Shown one piece after another: positions 44,501 to 58,479 of a stretch of DNA of 64,000 nucleotides (the first letter of the stretch is position 1; each line of letters begins with the position of its first letter). This stretch comes from Azolla caroliniana. Its lineage: Eukaryota; Plantae; Polypodiophyta. Location of the stretch: contig JBHGNT010000016.1 in NCBI GenBank assembly GCA_043228905.1, positions 744,001 to 808,000 on the forward strand, in the 5' to 3' direction. The translations under genes and the position numbers were made by a program. Below the pieces are notes generated by a model, which was not told the DNA's origin, made no database searches, and saw only the letters and a list, made by a program, of their open reading frames with translations.

Positions 44501-47500
44501 ACCACCTTGCCATTGTCTCTATCCTCTTTGGTATTTTTCTATTGTTAGCACAAGTATATCTTGTGTGCCCTCCTACCTTTCCTCATACCATCGAACTATG
44601 CTACTCTTACCATCCCAAAATATTTTGAACTTATTCCTTTGGAACATGCTACCAACCCTTAACGTGAATTTATTTTTGAGCTCTTTGAACGGGGGGAGTA
44701 TTGTAATTATCTGGCATGTGTTATGCCATCTCAAATAGCACATACACATCACAATCCTCAATGGTTGTAAAGTTATAACTTTTAAGATATATTGTTTCCA
44801 ACATAAATAATTTGCCACTTCAACAAAATTTTTTGATGATGGGCATTTGGTTTGAAACTCTTGATGATGAAAGATGCATTGTTTAAGTTATTGTAACTTG
44901 TCAATAATTTCTCATTGGCTTCGAACATGAATTTTGTATGATTAGCATATGCATGAAGGGCATGGCCCATAAGCTTGACAATTACATTGTAGTGTCGATA
45001 GAAACCAATTTAGGATATACCTTTGTTGAATTTCAAATACCTTGCAATCCTCTCAACTCTATTTAAAAATATGATGACTTTTGCTTACATTGTGTTGATC
45101 ATTCCATAAGAAAGGTGGTGATCTAGCCCCACAATGGGTCCTCCTGTCCTAATATGAGGTGTAGATTGAGAAACAAATAAACTAACCTCCCTCCCAATAG
45201 GATCTAAGACACACACTAGAACTTTAAATGTTTTTCACAACACACATAAATTAAACTACTTGCTCCACAACCCATGACCCTTGTTCATTTTGCCATTGTT
45301 GTAGAAACAATATTGCTCTTCACCTTTTACACCATCAAATAAATGCTAGCGAAGTTCATGTTTCCCACAAGCTTTTTCTCTTTTATCAAGGCGAAAAACT
45401 ATTGTCCCTTTGTCAAGCATTAATGTGCAATTGATGCTACTCACTTCCAATTCCTACTTGGCCCTCCTTTTTCTCGAGCATTGATGTGCAATTGATGTTG
45501 CTCACTTTTAATTACCTACTTGACCTTATTCATGAACGCGGTTTAAAGTTTTTTGAAGCATAACGTTAACAAAAACATTGACGAAATTATATTCATTTAA
45601 AATTTATAGAGTTGATCTTAAGTTAAATTTTGGCAGATTTGATTTAGTTTAAAGTTTTATGGAAATTTATGTACACATTTTTCCTAAATGTTGGCTTTTC
45701 AATTACAAGTTTGAGAGGTATTTCAACAAAGACAATCGTTCATAAAATAAATTTGGATGATACTCCCAAAATATTACTTTATAAATACATATTCCACATC
45801 TAAAAGTTCAAACATTAGATCCAGAATTTGCTAATATATATGTGCATTTTTAACGATGTAGGATTCATTTTGTTATGCCCAAATCAATAATGTAAATAAA
45901 AACATATAGTTTGCAACTAGGAATGGACAACAAATCAGTTTTACTTAAATTGAATGGCAAAACTATAGCTTAATATCTTAATGACGATACTAGACTCTAG
46001 TTCGGTTCTCTTTGAAGTTTAGTAATTTGTAAAATGTTTGGTTTGGGGGTAAAGTCTTCTTGAGCCTTGGCCCATTATTGGCTTACCACTTAAACATTTT
46101 GGGTAGACATTTTTGAAATTTTTATTAAATATATAAATTGAATTGATATATTATGTAAGATTTAATAGTTTTTTTTTCCTAGAAAAAACTGCTGTAAGAT
46201 TTAACATTATTATGAAGCTTTAACTTTGAACTCTAACAATTCTTTTAAATATTATTTTCTTTTGACTCGGAAAATAATAACCATTCCTTGAAAAGTTAAA
46301 AATTGAGTGTACAACTAATTGCCAGTAATTTGGTTCAAACCAAAAATGCATTGTGAAATCATGACTTAGTGGCATAATGGTTTGTAGATCTCCCCAACCA
46401 CTTGATTTGAGCTTAAAAATCCCACAAATGGTTTGGTGTCTATAGTTCAAGTTTAAACAATTCGGTTTAAAGGTTCGATTTAAGTTTCCAAACTATTAAA
46501 TGGGTTGAATTTGAGACACCCAAACTAAATCATAATTTTGTGATTTGTCCATTACTATTGGCAATTATTAATGCTCCACACTAAACACGTTATACCCATT
46601 TGTTGGCATTCCAAGTAGTGAATGCATTTACAATATTAGAGCATAATGATTGTTAGGTCATTATTGGATGCCACATAGGCCACATTTCTAGCAAACCTAC
46701 ATCCCCCTATATTGTATCAAGGAAGTAAGATGTTATCAATGATTAATGCTGATTTAAACTCTAACTCTGTCCATTGCTTCACCCGTGTCCCTCAGCCCAA
46801 CTTAATGGTATCCTAATGAGCATCAACAATGGGGAGTGGAGGTGACAATGGGCTAGAGATCTATCTCTTGGCAAGTTAACATTAAATAAAAGACAAAGCA
46901 CCTCCTTAACAAACATCTCAATTGTTCAATACATCATTTTGTTTGAACCAATTGAGGTTGACACAAGTTCTTATGTCAATCTTGTTCAAGACCAATTGAT
47001 TGAGGAGAATCACATTCCTAATATCCAACTTAAATAAAAAAGTGAGGAAATCAAGAAGATACATGAAGCTTGCAAAGAAGGGAATCCACTATTTTTCATG
47101 GAGAGCAAGCAATTGATTTCAAGAGATTTGATTCCTTAAACCTTGAACCACAACCTAAGATTATCTCTTGCTTTTTTATATACTTAGTTGTATTACGATG
47201 TCAATCATAGTTTATATGATTTTCCAATTCCCTGAGTCAATGTTCATTGCCTATCAAGATGTCAATCATGTTCATAATGTTTGTGTTGTTGGTAGCGTAA
47301 TAACATTTCCCTATTGATGGGTATGTATTTGATCCCATCCACAACCAAACATTCACCTCTTTAAGGTAGGTCGACCCTTGAGGTAGAAATAATGAAGTGT
47401 TAACACAACATGAGATCTGTTAGGCTTGCCTTGCACAAGTAAATCCAAAATAGTACACCATGGTTCCTCTAAGGTTTTGAAGTTTAAGTGCTCAACATCG

Positions 47501-48820
47501 CAACCTTGATTGCCAGTGCATACTACTTTATTGCATGAACTTGATCATCTTATTAGTAGGTGGTGGATATTGACATAGTAAATGAACAATCAATGGAGCA
47601 ATTAAATATGCACTACTGTTGACATGTTAGGCAAGCCTTTTAACACGTTCATGGATGGCATTGCATATGTCGTTGTTTTAGGATCCGATTACATATGTCA
47701 TTGTTCTAGGTCCGAACCTAGTTCATGGGCATCACGTAAACAAATAGGTTACATGATACATCTTTGATTTTTTTCACGTATGCTCTAGTAATAACATATT
47801 AAAAGACCACAACAATACAAAAAAGGAATGAGCCTACATCCTTGGTATTTTATTTTTGTGGGTGGATAAAAACTGCACTTGACGAAAAATAAAACATCAC
47901 TTCAAATGGAAATAAAGTATAAGATCTCATTTTTAACGTAAATAAAGTACATATAAAATCCACACATATAAAAGTAAATAAAGCATGATACCTTATTTGA
48001 ATTCTAAATAGTGAAATGCAACAAATGATATATATAACCAGTGCCATCTCTATGTTGGCCAAGCAAAAGACATGTCATTTCGATGGTAAGATTATTAAAA
48101 AATCAATTAAAGAGGCATAACATTCTAGAACAAGAAATAGCATTGCACATCGAGTAGATCAATGTACATAATAATATAAAAGACAATTATGAGTGTCAAG
48201 TAGACAAGAGTGGAGATGCCTATATTTAAACTCTTTAATGCCTAGATTCATTTTCTACCTAGGTAGTAGGCATATGACCACAATTGAGATGCCTATACAT
48301 ATGTACGTATGTATATAAACTCTTTAATGCTTAGAGTATTCATTTTGGGCCTTGGCTTATGGCCATAGTGGTGTTCACAAGTTGGGCATATGGAATTATC
48401 CCCAAAACCCTCCTCATGGTCAAAAACTAATTTGCCACATATGGATATTGCCTCTTTCGTAAAACAAATATTGCTAAACAAAGACCTCCTCATGAAGTGG
48501 AAATGAGCTCTAATTTGTATACAACATATGAGGAGAATTGGATGGCAGGAGTTTCTTATCCATTTCACAACCACGTCTTTTGTTTTACATTGCATATCAA
48601 TTAAGGTTTTAGGTTTTTCCAAAACCACAATTATTGTTATTACTATTATTTTCAAAACCCTTATCAACGAAGCATTTCATAATATATTATAATAACTTTA
48701 TTTATTTTTAGATCGAATGATTTCACTACCAAAATATTTGAAAACCAACTCATTTTTAGTTGATAACATTTTAAATTGTTTTTTAAATATCCTTCCATTA
48801 GTTTTAAAAAGGCACATCAA

Positions 48821-50590
48821 CAACACTATGCTTTCCGTAGAGATTGTGCAACGAATGAAGCCAATCTATACCGCAACTAATGAAGCTATCCATCACAAAA
48901 TCTAATTTCATTTTAGTATGTACAACCAATTCTCCCTTGTTGCCACATGCTTTCGACATACCAGGAAATGTTATCATATTAGGTAAGAGAAAGCCTTGCA
49001 CAAGCATTCGAGGATAGAATTGTATAGCATCCTCATTCTTATCTTGCTCATAATAGCCCAATAACATGGTAGTTCCTTGTACCACATCTCCAACCAGAAA
49101 TAATTCATCAAAAATCTCTTGGGCTTCAATTATTGCTCAGCAAATGCAAACATAATGACTTCAATTATTGCTCAACAAATGCAAGCATAATGAATGTTGA
49201 TGTCGATTTGAAGGGCTTGAATAATCCAAAATGAATGCTTAAATAATCTCGGAATGCATTAGTACATAAGCTACAATGCTATGATGTGCTACAACGCTAT
49301 GCTTTCTATAGAGATTGTGCAACTATTGAAGCCAATCTATCTCACAACTCCTCCATCCATCACAAAATCTAATTTCATTTTAGTATGTACAATCAATTCT
49401 CCCATGTTGCCACATGCTTTTCAACATACCAGAAAATGTCATCATATTAGGTAAGAGGAAGCCTTGCACAAGCATTTGAGGATAAAATTGTATAGCATCC
49501 TCATTCTTATCATGCTCAGTATAGCCCAATAACATGGCAGTCCCTTGTACCACATCTCCAATCAACAATAATTCGTGAAGAAGCTCTCGGGCCTCAATTA
49601 TTGTTCAGCAAATGCAAGCATTAACAACATTGTAGTGACTGTCGATGTCAATTTGAAGGGCTTGAATAATTCAAAATGAATGCTTTAAATAATCTCGGAA
49701 TGCATTAAACAATTGTTTGGCCAATGGCTCATAGGTTTCACATCCATTGTTTAACCCACCCACCTGAATGGATAGTCAAAAGTTGGCATCTCTTTAGACA
49801 ATGTCATCGCCTCATCAAAGTGTCCTATTCGATAGAAAAGATGAACCCTACATGTGTAGTGTTGAATGTCGGGTGTGATCCCATACCTTTTCTTCATATC
49901 GTCAAAACGATATTTACCCTCGTTCACATAGCCTGAATGACTACATGCATTCAACACACACAAAAACGTGACCACATCCGGCAAGATTTGACCCTCGAGT
50001 TACATTTTCTTTAAAGACTCTAGTGCTTTTTTAGCATTACACTTTTTAGCATATCTCGATATCAAAACATTCCAAGAGACCACATGTCAAATTGAAAGAT
50101 CATTGACTGTTTTTTGTGCTTTTTCAAGCTTGCCACATATAACATACATGTCCATCAAAGCATTCCCAAACTCAATATTGTCTTCTAACAACCTCTTACT
50201 CATGATTCACATTGTGACTTTCTATGCCTATCAACCACTCCTACACTACCACATGCCTTTAACAAACTTACAAAGGTGATTGCATCCAGAGAAAGACCAT
50301 CATTTTGCATTTGTTCGAAAAGATTCAATGTTGCCTTGCCAAATCTATGCTGGTAATATATAGAAATTAGTGCATTCGAAGAAGCCACAACCCGAACCAG
50401 AAGTCCTCTGAGCACTTTCTGCATTTTTCCTCTATGTAAAGCCCATGTGCTTGAACACGCCTTGAATATGCAAATGGAGGTGATTGTATTTGGCAATAAG
50501 TGATCACATTGCATCCTCTTGAAATAAGTTTTAGCTTTGCTTCCTTCCCCTCGCTGAACGTATCCAGTGATCAAAACATTCCACAATTAC
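48821..50590 (-). pseudogene. Pentatricopeptide repeat (PLS-type) pseudogene with internal tandem duplication
   Basis: Fragments WNVLITGYVQRG, DAITFVSLLKACGS, PDVVTFLCVLNACSHSG and YGITPDIQHYTC are present with stops and frameshifts. About 48821-49261 is duplicated at about 49291-49707. Confidence 0.8.
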
Positions 50591-52161
50591 AAATTTTTAG
50601 TTGATAATATTCTTTGGCATTGTGTTAAAGTTCACAGAAAAGTGTTGGTAATCCTTATAAAACTCTTTGTGCTTTATGACAAAAGTAAGTTTAGTGATGT
50701 TGATTCCCATGAAAAAACTATGGCAATAGATTTCAAAAAATGTGAAAAAATGTGAGCCAATATATGAAAAAATGTGCAAAAGTTATAAAAAATTTGTAAA
50801 ATGTGTAAGCATGACCCTTGTGTAGAAGAAAGTAACTGTTCGAGAGGAAATTCCAAAAATCTCCACATCTCACAATAGTGCAATTTAGCTTGATAATTTG
50901 ACAATTAGTGTGGATTAGCCTTCACAGTCTTGAAAATAGTACAATTTAATCATACACGCATAATTCAAATATATATACAAATTTTGCATTTTGCCGAACA
51001 ATACATATTCTAGTTTTGGGTGTCTCTAGTTGAGACCATGTGATCCTCAAATGGAACTTGTTTCCAAAACGCTTCCATGCTAATTATTTATCAGCATCGG
51101 AGACATAGACTTTGGTGGACCTAAGTCTTGCATGAGAGTAGTAATGTCAACATATGACAAGTGATATTTTGAGTCAACTAAATATGTGAAATTTTGATAT
51201 GTTATTGAACTAATATTGGTTTATTAATGACAAATTGATTTTGTTGCATCGTTTGGTATTTTACTACGTCCATATGTACAAAATAGTCTAATTGTAGTGT
51301 CTTTGGTGTTCTAGTTGAAAACTACTTCTTACTCAAATGTTTCATGGATACTTGATACAAACCTAATCGAGTATTGAGTGTTCTAGATTCTCTTTGAAGC
51401 TAAATTAAATAAGACGTTGTCGTGAAGGATTTCGGCCATAGGAAGAAAATGGGTCTGGATGCGCGTTAACGGGGTTGTGCACGAATGGACACGAAATGTC
51501 TTTATGTACAAACATGTGTAAATAACAAAGGATTAGTTTGAGTGTCGATGAATACTAGGTAGAAGTGATTTAATAGGTACTTTATGGTAACACGAGTAGA
51601 GGAATAAAGGTGATTGATTGGAGGAGATCGAGGAGAGATTCAAGGGAGAAAAGTGGCAGTCTTAACAGCCTGATGTAACAATATCTCTCTCTCTCCTTGA
51701 GCTAAAAAAGGGGGGGGGGGGGGGGGGGGAGAAGATTGAGGTGGGGATCAAAGTTTTTGGGAGAACGAAATGCTACCGGACCGAGCTCTGTAAGTTTCGG
51801 TTCCCTATTCTGTGTATCCGCTGAGTGGTAGTGAGGCCTTTGTTTCCTGTAGGAAGCTAGTGTGCTCCCGATTAGAGGTCTGCTAGTGTGTGTGTGTGTT
51901 GAGAGTGGGTAACTCTGTCACCAGCCAAGCCGGTTGTATATATATATTCTTGTTAATGCCATTTCGTTTTCGTTGTATCAAATTAGTCTCTTTGTGTTGA
52001 GCCCGCATCTCCATTCTGTCTCCATCTGCCCGCGTGTTTATTCGCGTCCTAAGCCTGTGTGCTCATCACTTGCTACCCGACAACAGGTCTAGAATAATAC
52101 ACGTGTCTAAGCTCATGCACTCATTGTTCGGCATTTGGAGACTGGTCCGAATAGGATACGT

Positions 52162-53002
52162 CGTCGCGGGAATCCGTGCATACGTGTCGGATCCGGGCGG
52201 AACCACACGGGTCTTAGACTAGGGAGTGAGAGAAGGAAAGAAAATCGGGAGCTTAGCCGATTCTCCAAGTACGAAAGGGGAAAGGAACAATGTGCAACGA
52301 TAAGGAAGATTAATATTAGAGAGATTACGATATAAGAAAAGACAAGATTCATCGAACGATTATATTACAAAAAGCACCATATGAATTACAACTGTGGTCA
52401 TGATGGCCGAATGTAAGCACCACTAGACGAAACCCTAACCGGATAGGGAAAGAAGAAGAAGAACTAACCCTAATGAAAAGAAATGATAGAGAGTGGAACC
52501 TCTAAGCGAAACCCGAAAACAAGATGGGGAATAAGAATCGCTAAAAACCCTAACGGTCTACCTCAAAACGACAATATGACGATCCCCTCAAAGTTGACCC
52601 CTCACTCCCTTTTATAGTAGAAAGGGGTCAGGCACATTACAAAAAGAGAGGCCAAATATCCCCCTTCTTTCAATGGGGAATATTTGCCTTGATCTTAGGA
52701 GGAGAGATTGATAGGTCTTAACTCCCTCTCCTCACACACACACTATGCCCACTACTCATTACACCTGTACTTTATGTACTCTCCCTTTATTCTACATGTG
52801 CATGTGCACATAAGCGCACATCACATTTACACTTTATTAATTTTTGTAGTGCACTTTTAACACCTTACATTTTACCCTTCCTTTTTACATTTGTTTTCTT
52901 AATCTTATTTTACAACTCTATCAAGTGCATGTGCAATGCTGCACATCCCCATTTTATTTATCCCACTCGATTTTCTCACCATGGTTGAAAATCCTCACGA
53001 CA
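52162..53002 (-). mobile_element. Solo Gypsy LTR
   Basis: (C)GTCGCG...CACGACA termini, flanked by ACGT at 52158-52161 and 53003-53006. The family's U5 end motif is in reverse orientation. Confidence 0.8.
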
Positions 53003-53006
53003 ACGT

Positions 53007-53633
53007 TGTCGCGAAGATTCGCGCGTGCGTGTGCTACTCGAGCGACCACCGGGGTCTTGGACTAGGGAGGACGTTTGCGGAATTATCGAAGAGATGACGA
53101 TCAATGTAAGATTGGATGAAATTTGTTCACTTGAGAAGAAGAAAGATTGTACACTTGAGAAGTAGAAAAATATGAAGAAGATAAAGACGAATATAATTAT
53201 ATTGATGATAGTGGTGTTGGTGATATCACATATTGAGCCCCCCTTTACACAAGCTCCACTAGGGTTTTTATAGCTCTCTTCATGCACAAAACCATGGGTT
53301 TAGAACCATGATTTTGGGGACACGATTTTGCTTATGACATGCACAATCCATGGGTTTAGAACCCTGGTTTTGTGCACATGGTTTTCTATGGTCGTTTCGT
53401 CTATAATTCGTATATGAAAAGGAAATATATAAAATCTACACTATATGATAGTTGTCCTAGTGGTAAGGAAAACATCTTGTATCTTAGAGGTGCAAGGTTC
53501 AAACCTTGATTTTTGTATGAACTCAAGTGCCACTAGGCCTTAGGCTTATTTGCTAAGTGCATATGCAATGTTGCACATCCTTGGTTTATTCATCTCACTC
53601 GGTTTCACACCGTAGCCGAAAATCATCACGACA
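53007..53633 (-). mobile_element. Solo Gypsy LTR (element C) carrying a tRNA-like module
   Basis: TGTCGCG...CACGACA termini, flanked by ACGT at 53003-53006 and 53634-53637. Confidence 0.82.
53446..53510 (+). promoter_or_regulatory. tRNA-like A-box/B-box module, antisense within solo LTR C
   Basis: TGTCCTAGTGG (53453) has a TCCT/AGGA D-stem and GGTTCAAACC (53496) sits in a CAAGG/CCTTG T-stem. The boxes start 43 nt apart. Confidence 0.65.
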
Positions 53634-53942
53634 ACGTGTCTAGACCGTGCTCTGGGTAAGATATTTAAACACTGATCCGAATAATCTCTCTTCCTTTACC
53701 AGCTCCTTAGTCTGAGACCACGGTGGTCCCACCCTGCTTCAACACATACACGCGGATTTCCGCGACATCTTTGGTGAACTCGACGTGAAAGGGGCGACAA
53801 AGGAGTCCAAAATGAGAGGAAGTGAATGTTGGGAATTCGGTCCCTTCAGAAGGGATCTGGATGAACTGGACTGGACGAGCTGAAGGAAGGAACCAGATTG
53901 GACGGATCTTGTGTGAACCGGATCTAGGGACATATCTGTAAA

Positions 53943-54429
53943 CATAGATTGACACATGCGTGATATTCGTCATATTCTCCATGTGTGATATTCTCAATAT
54001 TCGAGAATACGAAATGGCCCCAAGAATATTATAAAACCATTTGTTTTACAAAAATATATAAAATAAAAATAAAAATAAAATTGGACTTCCCACTAATAAA
54101 AATATCTATAATTTTTGAGAGAATAAAAAGTGAGGAATTAATGAACCTTTATTGTATTTAATTTATTTATTAAAAATAAAACGAATACTTTTATATTTAT
54201 TATAAAAATTTATTACTATCAAGTCCCTCTTAATGTTCCTTTTTATAGTTCATCTTTTAATGTCCCTTTTTATTGTGAAGTCCCTTTTTTATCCTAGTAA
54301 ACTAAAAAAGGAGGGAGTTCTTGGACTCTTTTATTTTTTGGGATAAACGAATACTTGACCATGCATTCGTATGCGTATTCGTATGCATTCGAATGGGAAC
54401 CCCCACGAATGCGAATATGTCAATCTATG
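53943..54429. mobile_element. hAT-type MITE, 487 bp
   Basis: Perfect 12-bp TIRs CATAGATTGACA / TGTCAATCTATG, an 8-bp TSD TCTGTAAA at 53935-53942 and 54430-54437, and an AT-rich interior with ATTCG/CGAAT subterminal motifs. Confidence 0.85.
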
Positions 54430-54469
54430 TCTGTAAATATGTTTCTAGTGTGCCTATCATGGCCACATT

Positions 54470-54560
54470 TGTAAATAGTCATAAAGTAGTATAAGTATAA
54501 ATATGATTTAGGGCAATCACTTTGTAGCAGAAGTAGTGATCATTATTATTGTATAGAGAT

Positions 54561-54624
<64 letters not shown>

Positions 54625-55800
54625 ACAAAAAGTCTTTATGTTTTAACCGTCGGATTGCAAAGGCATAAAGCTCGAGGTTGTTGCCGCTGAGTCTCCTATT
54701 GTATCCCTTTCTCTTATAGTGATAATTGGAATCTGTGGGCTCCCGCGGTTTTTCCCTATTAGGGTTTTCCACGTAAACATATTGTGTCCTCTCTGTTGTC
54801 TGTGTAAGTGTATTAATCTCCATTTTAGCTTTGTTCTTCTATTGAGTTTAAGACTCTATTGTGGCCGAGCAATATTTCGCACAAACTGGTATTAGAATGA
54901 ACAACAAATAGAAGAGTCATTCGGAAGCATGTTCAAGCTCACCGGCTCCAACTACTCAATGTGGAAGTCGAAGATGATCGTGGTCAAAGATCTCTAGCTG
55001 TCGGTACAGTTCGGGGACAAGAAATAGGACAAGATCGATGCCATGACGTGGGAGATGATGCATATGAAGATGACGACATACATTCGGTGCTTCATCGACA
55101 TGAGCCTCTACAACAACTTCAATGAAGAAAACAAGGCAAATGAGCTCTAGGAGAAGATATGCACCATGTTTGAGAACAAGAATGCCATAAATCGGGTTTC
55201 GGTATTCTGGAAGTTAGTGAGACTTCGGTACCAAGACGGATCTAGCATGGCGGAGCACATGAATGCCTTCCAGGGGCTAATAAACCAAACAACCTCGTTG
55301 GATGTGCCTCTAGCCGATGAGGTACTTGCGTTGCAGCTACTCGGTTCCCTCCCTGATAGTTGGGAGACGCTAGTTGACACTTTGGGCAACGTTGGGCCGG
55401 AAGGAAAACATCTATCCCTAGCAAGGGTAAAATCAAGCTTGTTGGATGAAGAAGCTCGCCAGAAGGACCGGGAGTCTAAAACCGATCCGAAGGCCTTGGT
55501 CACGAAAGATGACCATAACTGGGGAAGAGGCCGGAATCAGAGTCCCCAAAATCGGGACAAATCGGGGACGAGGTCGAAGTCAAGAGGGAGGACCACTTGC
55601 TTTTATTGTGGAAAGCTGGGGCACTTCTAGAAGAATTGCCAACACTTCAGAAAAACCAAAGGGGGAGATTACATTCCAAAACCGAAGAAGATTTCAGAAA
55701 GGAGAGGAGCGTCTGCGATTGCGACAAGTGAAGGACTGCTGCTAATCATCGAGCAGAAGAAAGCCGAACTAGGAGCAGAAGGTAAGAGTCGACCGAATCA
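54470..55800 (+). mobile_element. Copia (Tnt1/Tork-like) LTR, tRNA-Met PBS and decayed gag
   Basis: The LTR ends at about 54883 and a PBS-like TGGTATTAGA lies at 54887. Translation gives MFKLTGSNYSMWKSKM...LLGSLPDSWETL...CFYCGKLGHF*KNC. The LTR contains a (GA)n run at about 54563-54621. The 5' boundary is approximate. Confidence 0.75.
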
Positions 55801-56408
55801 ATATGATAATGAGCCATGCTAGGCTCGACATGGACCTCACCTTTGCCGACTCGACTATATGCCGACCGACTTGTAACATAAATTTAGATTAATGTTGTAA
55901 TCTAGGTTTACGAGGGAGACAACCCCAAACACATGTAGATGTAGGAAAGAGTAGTCCTTTTACAAGGGAGTTTGTTGGCATAAAAGGCCATCTCCTTCCA
56001 CTTTGTATCCTAGTGTGAACTCGTCCATATAGTTAGGGCTTAATATATAAGCGATAACCTAACGTTGTAAAAGAAGACCTCTTGATCATTCTTGTATAGT
56101 GTCTCTAAGAGAGAGAGAACGAAATAACAGAGCTTCCATTAAAGCTTAAACCGTGTCTATCTTCTGTCTATTCTCTTGCCTTCCTTTTGTGTTGTCTGCT
56201 AAGCACATACGACTGATCCTCACACATACGTTTCCGCCCATATCTGCCCTTCAATCGTGTACAATCCTCTACAAATGTGATGAAGTACCGGAAGCCTCCT
56301 AGTGATTGCTCTGGCATGGGCCCACATATATCTGTGTGCACGAGTTCTAGGGGTTGCCGTACCGTCTCGTAGAGGAGAGACTGCGGACTTCGGGTCTGAT
56401 TCTCGATA

Positions 56409-58095
56409 TTGCTGGTTTCCGTGGGTATGTGTTGAAACGGGCAGGACCACGGGGGTCTCAGACCAAGGAGTCAAAGGGAATAGGAAGTGCAACCGTGACG
56501 GTAGACCGGGTCGGTTATCGGAAGCCGGACAATGAGTGTGTGCATATGCAGAGGTAACCATGTCACGCAGTTCAAAGGTAGAGCGGGAGACAGATATGTA
56601 GAAACAGGAATAGAGATGAAACCCTGAAACGAGGAGAGATAGACCACAACAATGGAAACAAATGGATTAAGGTAAGCAAAATACAACCGGGCTCGGCCGG
56701 TAGCAGAGCCGTACGTTCTTCGAAACACACCCCCACCCACACTCTGACAGAGACAGATCAAGGAGCCTTTGGTCGGGAGCTCACAGGCTTCCTTCCAAAA
56801 TCATACGCAAGACAAGGAGCGGGAGAGAGAAAGAGAGCTCGACCCTCAAACCGACAACACTCTGTCCTCCCAAAACGCCAATCCCTAAAGCAGGCTCAAG
56901 CCTCCCCTTTTATAGCACAAGGGGAGACCATTACATCGTGATCGGTGTTAGAGATTCCCTCCCCTGCTTGATTCTAGTACTTACTAGTCCTATGCTATTT
57001 ACATTATGTTTGTACAAAATACTTTATTTGTGTGCATCTATGCACACACCCGTCCGCATGCACTTGGCTCCGTTTCTCTTTATGGCCGGAGTCCTTCACG
57101 ACATCCACCCCGACCAAACTGCACATCCTCTGGCATGGGCCAAGTAGTGTAGCGGTGGAGATTCTGGCCAAACCTTTACTCGTCTTCTCGTGATCCTCCG
57201 CCGGTCTGGTCCTCATCCGACTCCTCCCTCCTGCCGGTTCCGTCCTTGGTGTCCGGATTCGGTTCCGCTTCATGCCGCTTCTTAAAGGCCTTGATCCGTT
57301 TACCCGCGACCGGAACTGTGAGCCTCGTCCCGTTGAGCTTTGCCAGGTAGTACGTGGCATTGTTGTTTGCGCTCGTTACCAAGTAGAGCCCGAACCACCG
57401 CCGTGCGAATTTTTGGGTCGACTGGTGTTGATTGTCGAGGCTGCTGTTGTAGACCAACACCTAGTCTCCTTCCTCAATCTTCCTCGGCTTCCTTCGTTTT
57501 TGCCGTCGCTCGCTTGACGTCTTCCGGTCTCCGCTCGAGCTGTCGGATCCGTGCCGCCAACAAGTCCTCTCGGCTCAACTCCTCCATCTAGTTGACCGCC
57601 ATCTAGGATGAGATCGTCTGCTCCATCGGCATAACCGGCTTTTGCCCGAACATAAGTTCCACCGGCATGTACTCGATTACCGAGTTGTGGGTAGTTCGGT
57701 CGGCCCATAGTGCGTAAGGTAGGAGCCTCAGCCAATTTCCTAGTTGACCCTCACATGCTCGTACTATGGCCTTCACGATCGGCCCGTGCCCGCGTTCGAC
57801 CTTCTCGTTGGCTTCCGGATTGTAAGCCATGGTGAGTGAAAGCTTAACCCCTAATTCGTCGAACAACTCCTAAGCTTCCTACGCATCCAGCTCCCCTCGG
57901 TCGGCCACGATCTTACCCACACACATGTACCGCAAATTACATCCTTGATCAAGAACCGGCATACGATTGTGGTCGTCTTGTTCGTCAAAGCTTGGCCTTC
58001 CACCTGGTTCGTTAGCTCTTCTCGAGTGAGCACTAGGTACCTCATCTGCCCCACCCCTATCAACATCGTCACCAGATCGACCATCCATTTGAAAT
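56409..58095 (-). mobile_element. Gypsy element E: integrase C-terminus and 3' LTR (about 56409-57103)
   Basis: FKWMVDL, YNPEANEKVERGHGPIVKA and KFARRWFG are closely similar to the element A integrase. The LTR begins TGTCGTGAAGG on the minus strand at 57103. Confidence 0.85.
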
Positions 58096-58421
58096 TGTTG
58101 AGAATCAAGCTCAACCTAGTCTAGTGTGTGAACACACCCTTGAGAGTGTGCACTCAAAGGTCAAAAGTCACCACTCTTATCCACATATTAACTATGTGTC
58201 ATAGAATCATATTCTATGACACATAACTAATGAGCTTTCACATTCCCCATGACCCATGAGCTTCAGTAGTTAATGAAGAGAGAGAGTGACTATCTAAAGC
58301 ACTCTCCTCCTACTTTGTAATAAGTTCGGTTAATCTCCTTTGTAATATACATTGTCTTGAGTATTCTATTCTTGTTTAAAATCTATCTATCTTGTGTTTC
58401 TCTCTCTCTCTCTCTCTCTCT

Positions 58422-58479
<58 letters not shown>

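Larger units (their letters stand above)
51418..53930 (+). mobile_element. Gypsy 5' LTR (51418-53767, interrupted by two solo LTRs) with tRNA-Trp PBS and truncated leader
   Basis: It starts ACGT|TGTCGTGAAGG and ends CCGCGACA at 53767, followed by TGGTGAACTCGACGTGA. With the inserts removed it is colinear with the minus-strand LTR at about 56409-57103. Confidence 0.75.

Noticed and set aside
51418-52082. Solo LTR ending at CCCGACA (52082)
   Set aside because: Homology to the element E LTR continues past this point and resumes after 53637, ending at 53767 before a PBS.
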